A stretch of DNA of 64,000 nucleotides from an uncultured Pelagibacteraceae bacterium (GTDB taxonomy: Bacteria > Pseudomonadota > Alphaproteobacteria > Pelagibacterales > Pelagibacteraceae): positions 26,064-90,063 of the forward strand of contig CACDFC010000001.1 of NCBI GenBank assembly GCA_902552035.1, in the 5' to 3' direction. The position numbers and the translations under genes were made by a program. The notes below the pieces were generated by a model. The model searched no databases. It worked only from the letters and a program-made list of their open reading frames with translations, and was not told the origin of the DNA. Of the stretch, positions 21,103 to 30,730 are shown piece after piece. Every line of letters starts with the position of its first letter. Positions within the stretch are counted from its first letter, which is position 1.

Positions 21103-22163
21103 AAAAAATATTTTTTTTATTTATATTTTTATTTAATTTCCCCTATTTATTTGCAAATGAAATAAAATTTGAAAAAATATTGACAACGCTTAAACAACCA
21201 TGGAGCTTATCATTTGTTGATGAAAAAAATTTATTGATTACAGAAAAATCTGGTAAACTTTATCATTTTAATTTGATCAATAAAAAAAAGACTGAGATAA
21301 ATCATGATCTTTCTATTTTAGAGGTTGGTCAAGGAGGTCTTCTAGATGTTTTGTATCATGATAATGAGGTTTATGTATCATACTCAGAAAATAGAGGTAA
21401 CTGGCGATCTAGCACTTCTGTTGCGAAAGGTAAATTTAATATTAATATTATAAATTTTAAAAATATTTTTAGAGCTGAACCACCAATTGACTCTGGATAT
21501 CATTTTGGATCTCGAATAGTTGTAAAAGATCAATATCTTTTTATTACCGCTGGTGAAAGAGGACAAGGCATGATTGCTCAAGACGTAAAAAAACATCCTG
21601 GCAGTATAATAAGAATTAAGCTTGATGGTTCAATTCCTAATGATAATCCCAAATATAAAAATAAAAAAAAGTGGCTTCCAGAAATCTTTCAAATAGGAGT
21701 TAGAAATCCTCAAGGAATGGCTTTATCTCCATATGATAATAAAATTTATTTAAGCAATCATGGAGCTAAAGGTGGTGATTGGTTCGGAACAGCTAATTAT
21801 GGTGAAAATTATGGTTGGAAAATTCTGGGGTGGGGAGGAACAAATTATACAGGAACTAAAATAGGTCCCAAGTGGCTACCAGGATTCACCAAAGCAATAA
21901 AGTATTGGGTTCCATCAATAGCAGTAAGTGCAATTGCTATTTATAAAGGAGATGAATTTAAAGAGTGGAATGGTGACGCTTTGATTACATCTTTAAAAGA
22001 TAAATCATTACGAAAGATAAAGTTTGAAGGCAATAAATTTGTTGATGAAAAAATTATTTTTAAAGGAAAGATTGGAAGAATTAGAGACATCAAAGTACAT
22101 AGTAAAACTGGCGAAATTTATATGTTATCAGACAATGGTGGCCTCTGGAGAATGTATAAATGA
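21099..22163 (+). CDS. PQQ-dependent sugar dehydrogenase (glucose/sorbosone dehydrogenase, YliI-like), secreted
   Basis: Signal peptide; PWSLSF, GQGGLLD, HFGSRI, GVRNPQG, NYGW and RIRDI motifs. Confidence 0.9.
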   Translation: MKKIFFLFIFLFNFPYLFANEIKFEKILTTLKQPWSLSFVDEKNLLITEKSGKLYHFNLINKKKTEINHDLSILEVGQGGLLDVLYHDNEVYVSYSENRGNWRSSTSVAKGKFNINIINFKNIFRAEPPIDSGYHFGSRIVVKDQYLFITAGERGQGMIAQDVKKHPGSIIRIKLDGSIPNDNPKYKNKKKWLPEIFQIGVRNPQGMALSPYDNKIYLSNHGAKGGDWFGTANYGENYGWKILGWGGTNYTGTKIGPKWLPGFTKAIKYWVPSIAVSAIAIYKGDEFKEWNGDALITSLKDKSLRKIKFEGNKFVDEKIIFKGKIGRIRDIKVHSKTGEIYMLSDNGGLWRMYK

Positions 22164-23296
22164 AAAAAATTTTTATTTTAACTGGGGAACCTTCAGGTGA
22201 TAAATTAGCATCAACTGTAATTTCTAAACTTAAGCAAAATCATTCTGATATTGAATTTCTAAGTGTAGGAGGAACCCATTTAAATGCGCTAGGAATCAAA
22301 TCAATCTATAATCTTAAAGATGTTACTTATATTGGATTTACAAGTGTTATATTAAATATCTTTAAAATAAGAAAAAAAATTAATGAAACTGTAAAAAAAA
22401 TAATTGAATTTAATCCTGATATTTTATTAAGTGTAGATAGTCCTGATTTTACTTTAAGAGTTTCCGAAAAAGTTAAGAAAATCAATTCAAATATTAAAAC
22501 AATTCATTATGTAGCGCCACAGGTATGGGTATGGAGAGAGGGTAGATTAAAAAAATTTAAAAAGTTTTTAGATCATATTCTTTTATTATTTAAATTTGAA
22601 GCAAAATATTTTGACAACGAAAAGATACCTAACACTTTTGTAGGTCACCCATTATTAGAACAAAGGACTATCAGCAAAATGGATTTATCAAATATTATAA
22701 CAAATGAAAAAAAGATAATCTCACTATTTTGTGGCAGTAGATCGTCAGAGGTGAATTTATTATTACCAATCTTGGTTGATTTCATTAAAATGATGAATAA
22801 AAAATTTCAAGAATTCAATTTTGTTTTTCATGCAACAAAAGAGAATAAAGATATAATAAAAAATAAAATAAATACTGAAAAACTCTCTAATACCGAAGTA
22901 GTCTCAGATGAGCACATCAAAAGTCAGATTTTACATAAATCTTTTTTCGCAGTTTCTAAATCTGGAACAGTTTCTCTTGAAATTTGTAATGCAAAAGTTC
23001 CTTCTATAATTATTTATAAAATGAATTTTTTAAATTATATTTTGGTTAAATTATTAGTCAAAATTAAATACGCTAATATTATAAACATAATTAACGATAA
23101 AGAAATAATTCCTGAATTGATACAAAGTGAATGCAACCCAAAAGAAATTTATAAATCTGTTATTTACTTTTTGAAAAATCCTAATTTAATTAAGCAACAA
23201 ATAAGTGATTGTGAAAAAACTTTAGACCAGATTAGATCAAAAACTTCTTCATCAAAAGAGGCAATGTTAGTATTAAGCAAGTATCTTATTAGCTAG
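22160..23296 (+). CDS. lpxB: Lipid-A-disaccharide synthase
   Basis: GEPSGD, DSPDF, HYVAPQVWVWR, FVGHPL and SGTVSLE motifs. Confidence 0.96.
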   Translation: MKKIFILTGEPSGDKLASTVISKLKQNHSDIEFLSVGGTHLNALGIKSIYNLKDVTYIGFTSVILNIFKIRKKINETVKKIIEFNPDILLSVDSPDFTLRVSEKVKKINSNIKTIHYVAPQVWVWREGRLKKFKKFLDHILLLFKFEAKYFDNEKIPNTFVGHPLLEQRTISKMDLSNIITNEKKIISLFCGSRSSEVNLLLPILVDFIKMMNKKFQEFNFVFHATKENKDIIKNKINTEKLSNTEVVSDEHIKSQILHKSFFAVSKSGTVSLEICNAKVPSIIIYKMNFLNYILVKLLVKIKYANIINIINDKEIIPELIQSECNPKEIYKSVIYFLKNPNLIKQQISDCEKTLDQIRSKTSSSKEAMLVLSKYLIS

Positions 23297-24673
23297 TCGT
23301 TTATCAACTTCCTCTTTACCTAAAGATAAGATTATATCATATATACCTGGTCCAAACTTTGATCCTGTTAGTGCTATCCTCAATGGTTGTCCTACACCTT
23401 TAAAGTTTGTATTATGAGACTCAATGAGTTCATTTACAATTGATTCAAGAACTTCCCTGCTAGGCTGATCTATTTTTATAAATTGAGATTTAAAATCAGA
23501 AATTACTTTTTTTGCTTTATCATCAATTAATTTAATATCATCTCTGTTAAACTCTATCTCATCAACTATTATATACTGTCCATTGTTAAATATGTCTTGT
23601 AGAGTTTTAGCTTTGTTTTTTAAAAATGATAAAGATTTTTCAATCTTTTCTTTTTTATTGGACTTAATTTCGCTCTTAAATAATTTACAATATTCAATAA
23701 AATGATCAAATAACTCATTTTCTTCAATGTTTTTTATGTAATGCTCATTTATTGATAAAATTCTTCTTATATCAAGTTTAGAAGGTGATTTACCGATACC
23801 TTCAAGATTAAAATATTTTATACTTTCTTCTAAACTAAATATTTCTTTATCCTTATAAGACCATCCGAGTCTTAGAAGATAGTTTCTTAAGGCATCTGGC
23901 ATAATACCAATTTTTGAATAATCATTTAAAGTTGAGGCTTTATCTCTCTTTGATAATTTTTTACCCTCAATAGTATGAATTAATGGTATGTGTGCAAAAA
24001 ATGGTAAATCCCATTTCATAGCATGATAAATTTGTATTTGTTTGAAAGTATTGATTTTATGATCGTCACCTCTAATAATGTGTGTCATGTTCATCTGATG
24101 ATCATCTACAGAGGCTGACAAATTATATGTAGGTGTTCCATCATTTCTTAATATTATAAAATCCTCTATTGTATTATTTTCAATTTCAACATCACCTTGA
24201 ACTAAATCTTTTAAAATTGAACTCCCATCAATTTTGCTTTTAAATCTTATTGCAGGTTTTACATTTTTAGGAGCATCAGATTCTTTTCTATCTCTCCATT
24301 CTCGGTTATAGATGTAAGGAATTTTTTTTTGTTTGGCTCTTTTTTTTTGATCTTCGATTTCATCATTTGAACAATAACATTTATATGCATAGCCATTTTT
24401 AAGCAATTCATTTGCTACTTTTATATGATCATCTATTTTTTTTGATTGTATATATTCCTCACCATCGTAATTTATACCCAACCATTTTAAATCTTGCACT
24501 ATTTGATTTTTATATTCGTCTTTTGATCTTTCTTTATCAGTATCCTCTACTCTTAAAAAAAATTTACCGTTTTGATTTTTTGAATATAACCAATTAAACA
24601 ATGCAGTTCTAATTCCACCAATATGCAAAGGGCCCGTTGGCGATGGAGCAAATCTTGTTGCTACTTTTGTCAT
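23273..24673 (-). CDS. gltX: Glutamate--tRNA ligase
   Basis: RFAPSPTGPLHIG, RVEDTD, IIRGDDH and KLSKR motifs. Confidence 0.97.
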   Translation of the reverse strand: MTKVATRFAPSPTGPLHIGGIRTALFNWLYSKNQNGKFFLRVEDTDKERSKDEYKNQIVQDLKWLGINYDGEEYIQSKKIDDHIKVANELLKNGYAYKCYCSNDEIEDQKKRAKQKKIPYIYNREWRDRKESDAPKNVKPAIRFKSKIDGSSILKDLVQGDVEIENNTIEDFIILRNDGTPTYNLSASVDDHQMNMTHIIRGDDHKINTFKQIQIYHAMKWDLPFFAHIPLIHTIEGKKLSKRDKASTLNDYSKIGIMPDALRNYLLRLGWSYKDKEIFSLEESIKYFNLEGIGKSPSKLDIRRILSINEHYIKNIEENELFDHFIEYCKLFKSEIKSNKKEKIEKSLSFLKNKAKTLQDIFNNGQYIIVDEIEFNRDDIKLIDDKAKKVISDFKSQFIKIDQPSREVLESIVNELIESHNTNFKGVGQPLRIALTGSKFGPGIYDIILSLGKEEVDKRLANKILA

Positions 24674-24695
24674 TAAAAATATTTAGACTATTTTT

Positions 24696-25376
24696 TTAGA
24701 AGTTTCTATATAAAGATACCAAAACACCTTGAACTTTAACTCTATCTGGGCCAAAAATTTTAGTTTCGTAGTTTCTATTTGCACTTTCAAGAGCAATTGT
24801 TTTACCTTTTCTTCTAATTCTTTTAAGCATTGCTTCATGGTCATCAATTAAAGCGACTACTATTTTTCCGTTATCTGCTGTATTAGTTTTTTTAACAATA
24901 ACTGTATCTCCTTCATTTATTCCAGCCTCTATCATTGAGTCGCCTTGAACTTTTAATCCGAAATATTCACCATTTTTTTCTAAATTTGTAGGCAATGGAA
25001 CTCTAGAAACCTCATTTTGTATAGCTTCTACAGGTGTTCCTGCAGCTATTTTCCCTAACACTGGTATTTCATTAGAGGCTCCGTTTTCATTATTTTCCTC
25101 ATCTAATCCACCCTTGATTACACTCGGCGAAAAACTGTTATAAATGTCATTTGCAGATGCTGTTTCAGGCAGTTTTACAACTTCTAAAGCCCTTGCTTTA
25201 TGAGCTAATCTTTTAATAAAACCCCTTTCTTCAAGGGCACTAATTAATCTATGAATCCCAGATTTAGATTTTAGATTTAAAGATTCTTTCATTTCCTCAT
25301 AAGAAGGTGAAATTCCTGAGGATCTCAACTTCTTGTTGATAAATAAGAGCAAATTTTTTTGTTTTTTAGTAAGCAT
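24696..25376 (-). CDS. lexA: SOS repressor LexA
   Basis: Alphaproteobacterial-type MLTKKQ start, KSKSGIHRL, IAAG cleavage site, GDSM catalytic Ser, MLKR catalytic Lys; start set at the ATG at 25376. Confidence 0.97.
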   Translation of the reverse strand: MLTKKQKNLLLFINKKLRSSGISPSYEEMKESLNLKSKSGIHRLISALEERGFIKRLAHKARALEVVKLPETASANDIYNSFSPSVIKGGLDEENNENGASNEIPVLGKIAAGTPVEAIQNEVSRVPLPTNLEKNGEYFGLKVQGDSMIEAGINEGDTVIVKKTNTADNGKIVVALIDDHEAMLKRIRRKGKTIALESANRNYETKIFGPDRVKVQGVLVSLYRNF

Positions 25377-25377
25377 A

Positions 25378-25413
25378 GAACAAATTAAGTACATTTATGT
25401 TCTATAAAAGTTC
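25378..25413. promoter_or_regulatory. Two alphaproteobacterial LexA (SOS) boxes upstream of lexA
   Basis: GAAC-aaattaa-GTAC at 25378-25392 and exact GTTC-tataaaa-GTTC at 25399-25413; putative minus-strand promoter TTGATC(25427-22)-N17-TAGAAC(25404-399). Confidence 0.88.
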
Positions 25414-25461
25414 TCCTAATTGATCAATAGATTAAAATTCAATAAAACCAGGCATTTTTGG

Positions 25462-26253
25462 CTATAAAACTGAAAAAATTTCATTTTTTTTTATATTTTT
25501 TAAAATTGATTCACCAATTAAAAAAGTTTTTATTTTTGTTTTATCTTTAATTTGCAAAATCTGTTCTTTATTTTCTATTCCACTTTCAGAAATTATAGGG
25601 CCTTTATGATTAACCAAGATATTATTTATTTCGTAGGTAGTATTTATATTTGTTTCTAATGTTTTAAGATTTCTATTATTTATACCTATTAACGCTTCTT
25701 TAAAATTTAAAGCCATTTTTGCTTCATTAACAGTATGTACTTCAATTATCACTGACATATTTTGTTTTAAAGCTTCTTCATATAGTTGATGTGATAAATT
25801 TTCAGATATACCAGCTAAAATAATTAAGATTGCATCTGCACCATAACTTTTAGATAATGAAACTTGAAACTTATCAATAAAAAAATCCTTGCACAAGATG
25901 GGTAAATTAATTTTTTGTTTAATGTCGCATACGTGATTTAAATTTCCTAAAAAAAAATCCTCTTCTGTTAATACTGACAGGCAAGTAGCATTATTTTTAT
26001 TATATATTTCTGCGATTTTAACAGGATCATAATTCTCAATTATTACTCCAGCAGATGGGCTTGCTTTTTTGATTTCAGCTATAATTGAAATTTTATCATT
26101 TTTAATATTGTTTTCTATTTTTGTTTTAAAATTAAAAAAATTTTTATTTTTAAGTATATTTTCTTTAATAGTTTCTTCTGATAAGGATTTTTTAAGTAAT
26201 TCTATTTTTTTAATTTTTTTGTTTATGATATTTTCTAAAATATTATTTTGCAT
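25462..26253 (-). CDS. trpC: Indole-3-glycerol-phosphate synthase
   Basis: IIAEIKKASPSAG, LSVLTE, LCKDF, GINNRNL and ISESGI motifs; ATG at 26253 preferred. Confidence 0.96.
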   Translation of the reverse strand: MQNNILENIINKKIKKIELLKKSLSEETIKENILKNKNFFNFKTKIENNIKNDKISIIAEIKKASPSAGVIIENYDPVKIAEIYNKNNATCLSVLTEEDFFLGNLNHVCDIKQKINLPILCKDFFIDKFQVSLSKSYGADAILIILAGISENLSHQLYEEALKQNMSVIIEVHTVNEAKMALNFKEALIGINNRNLKTLETNINTTYEINNILVNHKGPIISESGIENKEQILQIKDKTKIKTFLIGESILKNIKKNEIFSVL

Positions 26254-27238
26254 TTTGAATTTTCTCAAGATATTTAAATGTTTTTCCAGATTTTATAAAT
26301 TCTCTGGCATTAAAATACGCATCATTAAATCTTTCAAATTTTCCTGAAATAATCAAACCTGCAGCAGCATTTAAACAAACTGCTTTTGAAAAATCATTAT
26401 CAACGCCTTTGAAAATTTCTATAATTTTCATAGCGTTATACTTTGAGTCTTGTCCAATTAAATTTTCGAATTTATCAGCATTTATTTCAAGTTTTATTGG
26501 ATCAATAACAAATTTTTTTATTTCGTTATCTTTTAATTGAACTACATTTGTTTTAGCATATGGTGATATTTCATCTAATCCATCTTCACTATTTACAATC
26601 CAAGCAAATTTTATATTTAGATTTTTTAAAGCATTTGCAAAAATATCAAGTAATTTGTGATCAAAAACACCTACCACTTGTCTTTGAACTAATGCTGGGC
26701 TACTTAATGGCCCGATCATATTAAAAATTGTTCTTTTACCAATTCTTCTTCTTGTAGGACCGACGTATTTCATGGCACTATGAAAGTTTGGTGCAAACAT
26801 AAAACCAAAATTATTTCTGTTTATTTCTTCTTCAATATCACTTGAATCTAAATTTATATTTATTTTCAACTCTTCTAAAACGTCCCCTGATCCACATTTT
26901 GAAGATACAGCTTTATTACCATGTTTGGCAACTTTGATAGACATACCGCCTAGCAATAATGCTGAGGCAGTTGATATATTAAGAGTATTTTTTCCATCTC
27001 CTCCTGTACCACATGTATCAATTGCATTTTTAACATTTACTCTCTTAGACATTTCTCTAAGGACATAAACTCCACCTGCAATTTCATCAGAAACTTCACC
27101 TTTTTTTGATAGTGATGTTAAAAAATCAAAAATCTGACTTTCATTTGCTTTCCCTTCCATAAGTAATTTAAAAGCTGACTTACTTTCATTAAAAGAAAGA
27201 TCCTGATTATTATTTAATTTTTTTATGAAACTATCCAT
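26243..27238 (-). CDS. trpD: Anthranilate phosphoribosyltransferase
   Basis: DTCGTGGDG, NIST, VAKHGN and GLDEIS motifs. Confidence 0.97.
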   Translation of the reverse strand: MDSFIKKLNNNQDLSFNESKSAFKLLMEGKANESQIFDFLTSLSKKGEVSDEIAGGVYVLREMSKRVNVKNAIDTCGTGGDGKNTLNISTASALLLGGMSIKVAKHGNKAVSSKCGSGDVLEELKININLDSSDIEEEINRNNFGFMFAPNFHSAMKYVGPTRRRIGKRTIFNMIGPLSSPALVQRQVVGVFDHKLLDIFANALKNLNIKFAWIVNSEDGLDEISPYAKTNVVQLKDNEIKKFVIDPIKLEINADKFENLIGQDSKYNAMKIIEIFKGVDNDFSKAVCLNAAAGLIISGKFERFNDAYFNAREFIKSGKTFKYLEKIQNAK

Positions 27239-27803
27239 TTTTAATAAAATTACTGATGATTTTGATGCCTACATTTGTTTTTATACTTTCAGGATGAAAT
27301 TGAACACCATGAACATTATATTTTTTATGCATTAAACCCATTATAATACCATCTGTAGTCATTGAGGTTACAATTAAATCTTTTGACAGTCCATTTTTGT
27401 CAACTATAAGACTATGATATCTTGTTGCTTTAAATTTAGATGGTAAATTTTTAAGTATACCAATTTTATTATTATTAATTATACTTATTTTTCCATGCAT
27501 TAGCTTTTTTGCTTGAATAACTTTTGAATTGAAAACCTCAGCAATAATTTGATGACCCAAACAAACACCTAGTATAGGATAATTTTTATAGAGATCTTTA
27601 ACAATTTTTTTACAATTGCCCGATTGATTAGGATTGCCAGGTCCAGGTGATATTACTATTCTATTATATTTGTTTTTAATTATATCATTTGAGTTAATTT
27701 TATCATTTCTTTTAACATCAACTTTGACATTTTTAATTGATGATAAATAATGGTATAGATTGAAAGTAAAACTATCATAGTTATCAATTAATATAATTTT
27801 CAT
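27231..27803 (-). CDS. trpG: Anthranilate synthase glutamine amidotransferase component
   Basis: IDNYDSFTFN, SPGPG, GVCLGHQ and GVQFHPES motifs. Confidence 0.95.
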   Translation of the reverse strand: MKIILIDNYDSFTFNLYHYLSSIKNVKVDVKRNDKINSNDIIKNKYNRIVISPGPGNPNQSGNCKKIVKDLYKNYPILGVCLGHQIIAEVFNSKVIQAKKLMHGKISIINNNKIGILKNLPSKFKATRYHSLIVDKNGLSKDLIVTSMTTDGIIMGLMHKKYNVHGVQFHPESIKTNVGIKIISNFIKNG

Positions 27804-27805
27804 TT

Positions 27806-29260
27806 TTATTCTAAAGATTTTAATAAAGCCTTTGCTTTGTTTATAGTTTCATTATACTCGTTAATAGGTTTACTATCTGCAACTATTCCTGCACCAGCTT
27901 GAACATAAAATCTATTTTTTTTTGTAATGGCAGTTCTTAAAGCTATACATGTATCAAAGTCCCCATTAGCGGAAAAATATCCTATACCTCCAGCATATAC
28001 TTTTCTTTTTGTTGTTTCTAACTCATCTATAATTTCCATTGCTCTAATTTTTGGTGCTCCAGACACTGTCCCCGCAGGGAAACCCGATAATAAAGTATCA
28101 AATTTACTATATTTATTATTAAAATCACCTTGTACATTTGATACTATGTGCATTACATGGGAATATCTCTCGATTTTAAAATTTTCAGTTACTTTAATAG
28201 AATTTATCTTTGAAACCTTTCCTGCATCATTTCTTCCCAAATCTAAGAGCATCAAATGCTCTGCAATTTCTTTTTTATCTTTTAAAAGATCTTTTTCAAA
28301 AAAAATATCTTGTTTTCTATTTTTGCCCCTTGGTCTAGTTCCAGCAATAGGTCTAACAGTAATTTTGTTATTTCTTAATCTAACTAGGATTTCAGGGCTA
28401 GCTCCGATTATTTGAAAATCTGTAAAATTAAAAAAATACATAAATGGTGATGGGTTTGTAAATCTTAACTTTTTATAAACTTCAAGTGGACTTTTATTAA
28501 GATTTGTTTCAAATCTTTGACTCAAAACTACTTGGAAAATATCTCCGATTTTAATGTATTTTTTAGCCTTATTTACATTTTTTAAAAAATTTTTTTTTGA
28601 AATATTAGATTTTATTTTGTTAGTATGACTGATTTCTTTTGATTGATTTTGATTTTTATAATTAGCAAGAAAAATTAAACCTTCAATTTCATTTTTTATT
28701 AGATTATATTTTTTGAAATAATTATCTATTTTTTCATCGTGAAAAACGTTAATTATAAAATAAATTTTTTTTAGTTCATTGTCGTGTATTATTAATTTTG
28801 TTGGTCTAATAATTCTTGCATCTGGTATATTTAAATCATCACTACATTTGTTTGGAATTTTTTCTATATATCTTATTATGTCATAAGAAAAATATCCTGA
28901 TAATATTGAGCTAATAGGAGGCAATTCTTTAGGAGTTTTAAATTTAAACTCTTGTATTATTTTTTCAATTACATCTTTTGGTTTTCCTTTTATTTTTTTT
29001 TTTTTATTTTTAAAATAGATAAAACAATTATTATTGTTAAATTCCCATATCTTATCAGGGCTTTTACCAAATATTGTATATCTGCCTTTTATTTTTCCTT
29101 TTTCTACAGATTCAAAAATGAAACTATTTTTTTCCTCTAAAAAATTATTTACTAAATTTTCAATTTCACTTAAATTTTTTGTTTTAATTTCAGTATATAA
29201 AATTTGATTATTTTTTTTTTTATGAGAATAAATAAAATCGCTTAAGTTTTTATTTAACAT
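27806..29260 (-). CDS. trpE: Anthranilate synthase component I
   Basis: NPSPFM, GASPE, PIAGTRPRG, EHLMLLDLGRND and PAGTVSGAPKIRAM motifs. Confidence 0.97.
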   Translation of the reverse strand: MLNKNLSDFIYSHKKKNNQILYTEIKTKNLSEIENLVNNFLEEKNSFIFESVEKGKIKGRYTIFGKSPDKIWEFNNNNCFIYFKNKKKKIKGKPKDVIEKIIQEFKFKTPKELPPISSILSGYFSYDIIRYIEKIPNKCSDDLNIPDARIIRPTKLIIHDNELKKIYFIINVFHDEKIDNYFKKYNLIKNEIEGLIFLANYKNQNQSKEISHTNKIKSNISKKNFLKNVNKAKKYIKIGDIFQVVLSQRFETNLNKSPLEVYKKLRFTNPSPFMYFFNFTDFQIIGASPEILVRLRNNKITVRPIAGTRPRGKNRKQDIFFEKDLLKDKKEIAEHLMLLDLGRNDAGKVSKINSIKVTENFKIERYSHVMHIVSNVQGDFNNKYSKFDTLLSGFPAGTVSGAPKIRAMEIIDELETTKRKVYAGGIGYFSANGDFDTCIALRTAITKKNRFYVQAGAGIVADSKPINEYNETINKAKALLKSLE

Positions 29261-29264
29261 TTTA

Positions 29265-30668
29265 TTATTTATAGTAATCTTTTACTCTCTTTAAATTATT
29301 ATCATATATTTTAACTTCATATTTATTATTTAAATGTTGATCGTAAGATGTAAATAAATTGTTTATCAGTCTGACATTAGAAATTTGAGAATAGTTTTTA
29401 TAATTTTCATCTTCATAATTTATACTTTGAATTTCTAAATCTTTGATCTTAGCTAAGTAAATGTTTTGGTCTAAATCAGAAATCATTAAAAAACTGTTTT
29501 TAGGCATTGTATAAATAAATTTTATCGATTCTGTTGTAAATATGTTAATATCTTTAATTGATTTTATTTCTACATTATTGATCTTCATGTCTCCAGTTTT
29601 TAATTTAACAAAGTCATCATCGTTAAAAGTTTTATTTTGAATTTTTTCATTTAATTTTTTATTAAATTCAAATTTAGCTTTTAATTTTAAATTATCTAAG
29701 ATTTCCTCCTTAAATTTTTTATCTTTAGTTGAGGGTAATTTTTTTAATTTTCTATCAATTTGATATAGCAAAAAAAAGTCAGATTTTTCTATAAGTTGAA
29801 TTTGATCTTTATTTCTATTCTTATAAATTTCATTTTCTACTTCAATTTCGTTTTCTGTAAAAATAAAATTTAATTTTTTATTTAAATTTAAATTATACTT
29901 ATTTTTAATTTTATTAATATTTTGACCCTCGATTATTAAATTTTCAATTTCATCTATCTTTTTAAAAAAAATTTCAGAAAATTCTTTAGAATTTGTTAAA
30001 TTTTCAGGTTTAATAATTGAATATGTAAAATCTATGTATTCTTTTTCTAAACTCTTAGTATTTTTATTAATAAAATCGTCTATTTCTTTATCGGAAAAGT
30101 CTTTTTTATAAATATTTTCTAAATTTATATAATCAACAGATATTTTTTTATTCTCATCTGAATAATATCTATCTATAATGAATTTTGGGGTCTTAACACC
30201 ACCACTTATATAATAAAAAAGTTTTTTCTGTAATTCTTGATCTTTTAATTTTTTTTCAAAATTTACTGCCGTTAAATTATTTTCAATTAAAAACTTTTCA
30301 TATTTAATTCTAGAAAATCTTTTTTCATTATCTAAAAATTTTTTAACTAAACTTTGATCAGAAACATTAATGTTCATCTTTTCTATCTCATTGATTAATA
30401 TATTTCTTGATATCAATTCACTTAAAATTTCTTCTAGTATATTTTTATCAATATTTTTTTTTAAATAATCTAAATCTATACCTTTAGAATTAAGACTTTC
30501 TATTAATTCCTCTGTAGATATATTTTGGTTATTAATTTTTGCTATTATATTTGTATTGCCGCCACTAAAAACACTACCCATACCCCACATAACAAACGGA
30601 ATGATAATTATAAATACCAATACCCCTGATAATCTACTTTTTGAGAAGTTTCTTAGTTTGCTTAGCAT
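29265..30668 (-). CDS. ppiD: PpiD/SurA N-terminal-domain periplasmic folding chaperone (shortened)
   Basis: MLSKLR, TM segment ending FVMWG, AKIN..I pattern; divergent from tpiA and upstream of trpE as in alphaproteobacteria; no parvulin motif recognised. Confidence 0.78.
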   Translation of the reverse strand: MLSKLRNFSKSRLSGVLVFIIIIPFVMWGMGSVFSGGNTNIIAKINNQNISTEELIESLNSKGIDLDYLKKNIDKNILEEILSELISRNILINEIEKMNINVSDQSLVKKFLDNEKRFSRIKYEKFLIENNLTAVNFEKKLKDQELQKKLFYYISGGVKTPKFIIDRYYSDENKKISVDYINLENIYKKDFSDKEIDDFINKNTKSLEKEYIDFTYSIIKPENLTNSKEFSEIFFKKIDEIENLIIEGQNINKIKNKYNLNLNKKLNFIFTENEIEVENEIYKNRNKDQIQLIEKSDFFLLYQIDRKLKKLPSTKDKKFKEEILDNLKLKAKFEFNKKLNEKIQNKTFNDDDFVKLKTGDMKINNVEIKSIKDINIFTTESIKFIYTMPKNSFLMISDLDQNIYLAKIKDLEIQSINYEDENYKNYSQISNVRLINNLFTSYDQHLNNKYEVKIYDNNLKRVKDYYK

Positions 30669-30730
30669 AAAATAAGTTTGTTTATTTATTGATCTATAAA
30701 AAAATAAATCTATAAATTAATTTATACTTA

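Noticed and set aside
29140-29265. trp attenuator or leader peptide before trpE
   Set aside because: trpE starts 4 nt after the ppiD stop, leaving no room, and no Trp-codon leader is visible.
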